A program made the position numbers and the translations under genes. Shown piece by piece: positions 42,325 to 51,000 of a stretch of 57,641 nt of DNA; positions within the stretch are counted from its first letter, which is position 1; each line of letters opens with the position of its first letter. Source of the DNA: Balanoglossus misakiensis (taxonomy: Eukaryota; Animalia; Hemichordata); assembly GCA_040954595.2 (NCBI GenBank), contig CM082585.2, positions 11,673,079 to 11,730,719 of the forward strand, given 5' to 3'. The notes beneath the pieces are model-generated. The model worked only from the letters and a program-made list of their open reading frames with translations, did no database searches and was not told where the DNA came from.

Positions 42325-43529
42325 AAATCTTTATTCCAGGTAGCTTATTCAGTTTTCTAAGATAGTGGTCATTTTGTTATCTCTGGAGTCTTTATAGCCA
42401 GTGCAAAATGCAAGTCAGCTGTCCAAGATGGTGGCTGTACTGTAAGCTATGGAGGAGGAAATCAGTCAACAAACAAACATATTGACTGTCCAAGATGGCA
42501 GCCGTTATCGTAATATGACAAGTTTCTTTATGTAATCTGAAAATCATTTGAAAGTTTAGCACAATATATACAACACTCTTAAAGATTTTTTTTGCATGAG
42601 TCATAGTTCCATCCCATAGCTACTCATCTAAATCTAAATGTTATATTTTTTTTTATGATCTGGTTTTTCTCCATATTCAATTTTTTTTATTGTAAACCAA
42701 GCATCACAAGTAATCCTGTACTCTTCATTTACCGTTCCATTGTTAATCTTTTTCTTGTAAATAAAATAATAATTTTCACCATATGATAATTATCGTGGAT
42801 GGATGGAGTGTGTGATTTATGTGATCAGCAGATCTTCCTCTGAATTCAAATATTAGTTGTCAGACCAATAGTGTGTCTGGGCAACAAAGGGGTTTGTAGT
42901 AGGATAGCAGACAAACCTCTTATCATCAGAGACAGTTCTCGTGCTAGAGCACCGTGTACTTTTTATAAGTGTCATAATCGGGGCCAAGTATATTCCCCCA
43001 TGACAACCAAGCTACACTCATGATCAAATCAATGAAAAAAATACACACAGGATATGATGAATCTACTTTCGGAATCATTTTATTGACAAATCAATAATAT
43101 AAAAACATAAAATCTTTCATATAAATGCTCAACATCTAAGTGTCATGATAAATTTTAAAATTTTCAATGTATTTGGGGAAAAAAATAAAAATTTTGCATT
43201 ACTACATCCCTACAAGGGATTACTTTGCAGTCAAGGACAACTTTTGTCCAATACAGTAAGTGGCAACATTGTACATGTCAATAAATATGCTCAATAATAT
43301 AAGAACACTTGATAGCAAGTTTAAAATGTTAAATATTAATTTCCTATAAAAGGGATATTAAAATACTTTTTTTAAAATGTTCATTAATTTCCCATAAAAG
43401 GGATATTAAAATTCTATAATGTAGTAAAAACTTCCCATTAAAGTCAACTAAGGTGCAAAATTCTGAGAAAGGTTTATTATTAAATTTAAATCTCTATAAA
43501 AATGCCCCTAACGGCTACCATGGTGACCA

Positions 43530-46500
43530 TCAAATCGTATTACTGATTACAGTATTGCGAATGTCTTGGAGGCTGAAAGCTGTGTTGAAGACAAAGTTTT
43601 CTGGGTCTTTCTGTTCCATCAGCATAATCCCTTTGCCACTGACTGCTAAGTAGAGACCTACAGAGGAAAACAAAACAGAATCTGTCTAGGTTACAATATT
43701 CTTGCATAGTAAAGAGTTATCTTGGATCAGATTGCAAACAAATGTTTTTAGATGATGAGAGAAAAGTAGTAAATGTATTCATGATTGCTTACCTCTAAAA
43801 TATGCTGACTCAAAGACATATCTATCTGTACCCTTAGCCCACAGTCTGCGATAAAACACTCTGCCATCAACATGTTTCAACTTCTCCAGGCTGACAAAGC
43901 CCACCTTCTGAAAAATAGAAAGCATTGGATATATTTTAAAATCCCCACTCATTTTTGGTGTGAAAGTAACCTTAGCTATTTATATACAAGAAAGCCATGA
44001 CAACACTTAGTTTTCAAGTTTGAGAATTATTTTACCTTGAATGTCAGACTGCGATTACGTCCTGTTGAAACGGCCAGGCACTTGTTGAATTGTTGGTTGA
44101 AGAGTACGACCGCAAGATCTGGATCGTCTGGGTTGACTTCATTTTGTATGTCGTATGGCCACAGAACTTTGTACTGGTACATTGTCCATTGTCCTGCAAT
44201 TATTCACAGAAGGAATAGACTAATTTAGAGATAAAAAGTTCAATACTTACAATCATCTTGCATCAATCAAGATACCTTGCTGAAAACTGTTTTCATTCTC
44301 TGCCATGTATGAACAAAAATCTGTTTTCTCTCACCTTCTTTGAAATCATTATTTGCCGCCACTACTTGCAATCGATTCCTGTCAGGCATGGCAACAAAAG
44401 AACTGGAATCATTGGAAGGATATATATATGTGTTGTATCTGTCATAGTAATGCACCATGGGGAATCCATCATCAGATTTATCTATGTATTCCCTCTCCAA
44501 GACAATTGTCTCAAAAACAATTTTGCCATCTGGAAATCAAACAAAATAGAATCAGATTAGCAATTGAGTGTTGCACTCAACATACAGCCAATATGTCACA
44601 GTTTCAGGGAGGAAACATGTCCTTGTGAACAAAACGAGACTGACCATCAAACTAGCATACTTGGTTTTATCTCTAACTTTTTAAAAAGAAACTTCATTGG
44701 CCAATACACCGACACACAATAATTGAAGGTGGTGTAAAAACTCACTGTCAATCAGAATGTCTATCTTGATTTCAATAAATGTGTACACTTCAGTTGGTCC
44801 GTCATCTTCATCATCATCATCGTCGTCGTCATCATCAGGCTCAAGTTCTATCTTTCTCTTCAAGATCTGCAAACACAAAAATATTTCCATGCTATTGAGA
44901 ATTGTTCCAACTCTTTAATCACATGGCAGATGTTAGTAAATGTTCATTCAATTACACACTGTCACTGCATGAAATAATTCTGAAAATGTACATGCATGCA
45001 ATTTGACCACCAACTTTTACCAAACTTTATTCCTATTTTTATCCAGGACTGGTGACTTTGGTTAGATTAGTATTTGCTAATGACTGTTTGTGGAGGACGT
45101 GACAATTTTGCATACTTACAAATATAATTTGTCCGTCCATTTGATGAAAACGGTCTAAGATATCCCTGTGTTCAGCTGCTGAGACATCAAGGCCATTAAC
45201 TGCATGCAGAACATCACCAACTCTGTGAGATTGAAAATATATCATGTTACAAGAGGACATTAAAGTTTGATCCAACTCGGGGAGAAAAGATTATTTTGCA
45301 GTGTTCTGCTGTGTTTGTGACAGCAGTCTTTAGTCACCTTTCAATGTTATCCAATACACAAGACCACATCAAAACTGTGTATGCGACTACAATGTTCCGA
45401 CTAAAATACTATATGGCAGCTACATTAATACCTCAATTTGGTTTTCTTTACAAAATCATGTTGTTCTTCTACCGCCGTAATTTTGTGCTTCTTTCTATCT
45501 GGAGTTTTGTCGTCGACATCTGTGCTGAATTTTACTCCCAGTGAGTGAAGATGATCATCCGTGCAAGGTATTTTGATGTCAGATTCCTCATGGATTATTG
45601 GTGCTTCCTGTGCAGCAGTCAATACATAAAAACAATTAGTCAAGATCTGCTTTGTTTCATCATTAAAAAACAACATGCACTAAATGCCTGTACTCTAACA
45701 CTAACCAGGCATTGTCTAAAATATTATTCTGGCTTTCATTAACGTTTTTGTTTTATTAAAACAATCAAAGCAATCTTATCTTTTAGCTATTTGGTATAAA
45801 ATATACTCCATTTCTGTGTTTGTAAACAAACAAACAAACAAACAAACAAACAAACCATGAGAGAACATCCCATGGCCATATCCCTGTGATGGAGCTACAC
45901 TATCTCCATCATGGGTTTTACCGATTGCATAATTTAAAGGCTATAAATAACCGAGGAATTTCCCTTACATTGCAGAGATGACAGCTCGAACTTCCGTATT
46001 TAAATACATGTACGGCCAAGATTGCCCAGCGAATTTAGTGAAGTATGTACAATTTCACCATCGATGGCTGAAATATGGTTCGTGAATAACCCCAATCGTG
46101 CCACGGCGCAAGGGTCAAACCGGCGAAGAAAACGGTGAGTGATTTATAGACCGCGGAACCACCACTTGTAATGAATTATCTGAGTGGAAAAACGATCGAA
46201 GGGGTTGGGGAAAATTTGCCAATAGGATGACATGAAATTGACAACTTACCATACTATCCTGTGCTCGTATACAAGGTGTTATCACCTCGATCACTTTGTG
46301 TTCAAAGTCTTCCAGGCGGGAATGAATTGTGCTTGTCAAGGAGCCAATGAAGGATTCACTTTCCACAGGACGCGATTTTTGAAGCCCGCTGACTCTCTCT
46401 TCTCCGCACAGCTTTCCATCAACGCTGTCGTCAAATTCACCATCGAGGCCCAGACCTCGCATGGCGGTTGTGAACGACTTCTGTTTTTTAAATGCGCGAG

Positions 46501-46546
46501 GATCAGGCGATCGCGATCGAGATCGAGTAGTTTTTTGTCCAATCAT
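43530..46546 (-). CDS. Leaderless 430-aa protein with a PDZ-like domain, an acidic linker and an IL-1/IL-18-like beta-trefoil cytokine domain
   Basis: Eight phase-compatible GT-AG exons (46546-46250, 45607-45432, 45222-45120, 44866-44746, 44529-44335, 44193-44036, 43907-43793, 43657-43530; 1293 nt). PDZ: SLGVKF...ITAV...LRVGDVLHAVNGLDVSAAEHRDIL. C-terminal domain: QWTMYQYK...LAVVLFNQQFNKCLAV...SLTFK...RVFYRR...YVFESAYFRGLYLAV...NTAFSL. Confidence 0.8.
45955..45964 (-). promoter_or_regulatory. NF-kB consensus site in intron 1 of the IL-1-like gene
   Basis: GGGAAATTCC on the minus strand matches GGGRNWYYCC. Confidence 0.45.
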
Positions 46547-46634
46547 GTCGAAGTCTCCGATTTTTTTCAGAGTGTGTCTCGGTTAAACATCTACTAGTAA
46601 AGTTCCCAGGCTGTCGAATGCTCAGGCTGTCGAT

Positions 46635-46681
46635 ATTTATAGACATGGAAATCCGTGACGTGTACAGACGGGGAATTCCCC
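46635..46681 (-). promoter_or_regulatory. Candidate inducible promoter of the IL-1-like gene: TATA box, CRE-like site and palindromic NF-kB site
   Basis: Minus-strand TATAAAT at 46641-46635, TGACGT at 46656-46661, and GGGGAATTCCCC at 46670-46681, 124 bp upstream of the ATG. Confidence 0.7.
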
Positions 46682-47584
46682 ATCGGGAACAGTTCACTAT
46701 TCAGTTGGGTAGGTCAACATTTTTGGTGGTGTTAGCAAACTTATCAATTTCAAAACATTCGAATTATTGTAGGAAATCAAGAGTAGCGTACGCCAACCTT
46801 GGGGTCCGGTGTGTATTTTTATGACATTTTTCTTTCTTCGATATTTTTGCAATCCCCCCTTTTAAAGTTGGTCCTGCACACCCCTCCGTCGTGACTTTGG
46901 TTTACACCGATCGCAACCCACACATTTCCATATTTGGCAGCTCCAGCGGAAATCAATACGAACACAGGAAGTCAGAGTCAATCGACTTTACATGATGTAA
47001 TATTGCACGTGTGAAGCTCAAGAAAAGTTGGAAATGAGAAAAAAAGCATGAAACATAGAGGCTGTGCGTGATTTTTTTTATAACAAGCGTTGTCTTGTCA
47101 TCTGCAAATTTTGGCAAGACAATTTGAGATGGCGGGGGGGGGGGAACAACACAATACACATAATTAATCTTACAGCAGTTATCATTTATTGTAAAATCTT
47201 GGATACCAAACTTAAGACCTCAACACACTACTTATTTGCAAATAATTGGACAAAATCACTGACATTTCATTTCATTTTGGTTAATTTCTTCTATTTGGTA
47301 ACTATATGAAAGTTCAAAAAATATCCTCACTAATTTACAAATCTATTGCAAACATGATGTTGGTCATTCTTTATAGTAAAGACTTGTACTATAAAAAAAT
47401 TTCATGTAAATAATTATTTTGCTACACACTACAAATCGGACATTCAAGGTTTCTTTGACTTTTCTGATGTGATGACCTTCGATATCTGAAAGTGTGATTA
47501 TCTTTGCCAATACAGTGCAATTGGGATGATGATTAGTATCTTCCCTATCACTGCTGATAATTCAATCTTTATAGAGTGATCTAA

Positions 47585-47669
47585 CCCTTTCATCGGCATG
47601 GTTCAGTCCAAACCCATTGTTTTCTATGGTAAGGCTGGACCTCTAAAGAGCGAACTAGGGGTGAAAGGG
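47585..47669. mobile_element. Short piggyBac-like MITE (85 bp)
   Basis: TIRs CCCTTTCA...TGAAAGGG, flanked by CTAA (degenerate TTAA) on the left and TTAA on the right. Confidence 0.6.
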
Positions 47670-48017
47670 TTAATCTATTGGACTTCTGGAAGTTGATGCA
47701 AACATGACATTCATAACCCAAATTGAGTTTCAATTTGTATGGACATCATGTACAAACACTTGGCAGTTGGATCTTTACAAGAAACATGTACTTTTCAGTG
47801 GTGGCGGCGTCAGCTAAAAACTGCATTTCTTGGACATAAGATACAATTATCTACTTAAAGCAATTATAACACATTGTACATGTGTCGGACATTTCTTAAA
47901 GCTCTCAACTTTTCAGCAGCTTTTGAGTTCTACGTTTACCAAATGTCTTTTGGCCACAATTGCTTATTTCTGACACTAGCATTTGCCAGAAATTGTGATG
48001 TCATTTTAAAGTCAAAA

Positions 48018-51000
48018 CTAAATTGCGATATCAGGAACATGTTCATGATGGACCTGAGCTTTAATGTTTTCTCTTTTCGTTTCATCGTCGTCCACACTTA
48101 CAGCGACAAAGTCTGTTTCTAGTGCTGAATCTGCACTCACTGCAGTTCCACTTCTGGTAGTTACACCCCCGTTGTCCAGTCCCGGCCCGTCCACCAGGTC
48201 AGAGGTCGGTGAACCGCAATACCCACTCTCACCCGATGAGCTTATCTGCCAATCGATCAGATTCTGTCGCTCCAACTCTTCCGACTGGAGCGTCTTCGAC
48301 TGATCAGATATAGCCTTCAGGGCGTGGGATCTCCCTGACGGACTTCTTGGTAACTGCAGCAACAATGTCTTCCAGAATTTGGCGGTTTTCTTCAAATTGT
48401 CCGGTTGCCATTTCAGACAATTTGTGACCCTGATGATGTGTTTCAGGGCTTTCATGTGATCAATATCTGCATTGGCTGGAAGTTCTTTGGCAATGATGAT
48501 TACCAGGTTGCTGTGGAGTTTGAGAGAATGTTCTAATGCCACGTTGAATTGAAACGAACTCCAATGCTCCTTCAGGTAGTCGGGGGTCAGCACAATGATC
48601 CAACTTTGGCTGGCTTCAATCGACTCAACAACACTATCTGCAATAGCTATCATACAAATACAAATGAAAAGTTAGTAAAACGTGTGATTTTTTGGAAATT
48701 TTTACTTTCAAATCTATAAATTTCTGATGTAGTTTTGCAACAATGCATGTACAGGATACAGTCATTTGATTAACTTTTGATACACTGATTATAGAATATT
48801 TTAGGTTTAATCAGAAAGCAATTATGACTTACCAGTTCCAGCCAAGAAATCTCTTTGCTCGACACAAAGTTTGAATCCGCACTTTCCCTCAAGGTAGCGC
48901 ATAATGACATATTTGACAAAGCGAAAATCTTGATCTGTTCCACTGTGTGAGATGAACACATCATACTTCTTGTCATCTGTGGAAACAGAACACACATGTG
49001 GATGAAACTGTATGACACATGGCAGTTGCAATGTGCTACAAACAGGTATTGTCTTCCTAAAAAGTTTATACTACATTCCTGATTATTAAAGATACAAAGT
49101 CTCACTTTTAGTACGGTAAAGAAATTTAAAATTTCAAAAAAATTATCAAAAATTTATCAATATTAAAGTTACATGTTTATCATCATGGCCGATCTCAGTG
49201 ACGCAAATTCAAATTTTGGCCTTGAGTGAGAAACTTCCAGGTTTTCCTGTTAACTTCCATATTTATTTTGTGTGCAAACAATTATCCGGTACTCATATTC
49301 AGCAGATACCGGAAAATTCCAGTTAATGACGGACAAAATTTGGGTCAGGGACTGCTGTACTGTGACCTATATTCCTGCCCAGTTGAATGCTCTGCAATTC
49401 TCTGGTTTGCTTCATACATCCTTCATTGCACATGGGGTCTTTGGTAAACTGGGTTTATATTAGAATATTTCTCTGGAAGTGTATATAAACCAAAGTTCAA
49501 AGACTGACGATCATATTTCTCATGCGTGTTTATCATTGGAGCACGTATTCAGGACTATGACCCAGTTATCTTTGGCACTGATGAATGGGTGAATGCACTG
49601 GCTCTATAGACATTAAAAGCCATGAATACTATTTCCAAGAAATTTTATTCTGGGGGGGATATGGTGAGCAGGAGTGGGGTGCTTTGAGCAGAAGAAAAGA
49701 AACAAGTTTGACAATTCGTGGCGATAATGTTACATTCTTTGGAACGTGGATCCGGACATGTTTTTCACGGAATAGAACAGAAATATATTTCTTTGAATAC
49801 AGTAATCATCCTATCAGTTCCGCTGTACAGGTTATAAGGTCAAACACAGAATGATGTCTGAGTATCTTATGTCTGGACTGGTCTTTTGAAATTCTTAAAA
49901 TTTTCTCAGCATATCTCAAATATCCATTGTTGAAGTATTACCCAGCATCTAGGTTTTTTTGAAATGCGATAACTGGGTTAAAAGGTTTATGAGGCTTTGA
50001 TATGATTTAAAGGCTGACACCAGTGAACCCACTTGTAATTGTTTGACAAGGCTACGTGACTTGAATCCTATGACCTATATATGGTACTGGTTAAAACCAA
50101 TTTTGGTTGTCACTGTTTTGTAAATATTTTCACACCTGTTGAATATTAGGCTTGTGCTTTCGCAGTGGTATTACCACATGGTTCAGTACAAGGAAAAACA
50201 TCAACAGCTTTGATGAGAGAACAAACATTAACTAATGGAATGTTTATCAAACTGCCCTCTTGATGACATCACAAAACTGGTTTTGGTCACTGGACCGCTC
50301 GCGTAAACATGTTAACAACCGACAACAAGGCGGTGACTGCCCTATTGTGAGTTGTGACCCCACGAAAGGTGTGGCAAAAGTCCAAGGAGGGGTCATGACC
50401 TCCAGGAGGCAGCTATAAAAAAAAATAGTACCATATACGGTAGTAAGTTGCTGATCAATTTCCGTAGGAAATTACCATCACCTATTCAACAAAGACTGAA
50501 CAGGCCAGCAATTAACTTACATAATGTTGAGTAATCGAAGAACTGCGGACCGGACCGGAACTACAAGTAGGAATGTGCTCTTTAGAAAATATAACACAGC
50601 AGTGTAACTGAATAATACACTCATGATTTCTACATATCGTGTTTTATGGGAAGAGCTGATCTGTAATTAGACTCTGGTTATGAAATGTGATATTGTATAT
50701 TGCACATTTCTCCGTCTCAAGAAGGCAACTCAGTCTTTTTGAGTTCAATCAGAGTTCAGAACCTGATGGGCCTGCAAATATACCAGATATCACTAGAAAT
50801 ACTCAGAGACCAGGTGTATGTAGACCATTGTGGTGGCAGTTTTGCATGTCCTCAAGATATTCTCTTTGAATTTAATTTTGTAGGTATGTGTATAACATGT
50901 AATTAACAGACTGGTGGAAAACAGTTTAAAATTCATGTTTGTCCCTTCTTTTATTATATATATATTTGCTTAAATAAATATTAACATATTTGGAAGAGTA

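Noticed and set aside
44267-44334. ORF-track extension ERKQIFVHTWQRMKTVFSK and the donor near 44276
   Set aside because: That donor is phase 0 and leads to a stop in the next exon. The GTGAGA donor after 44335 gives the continuous IL-1-like frame.
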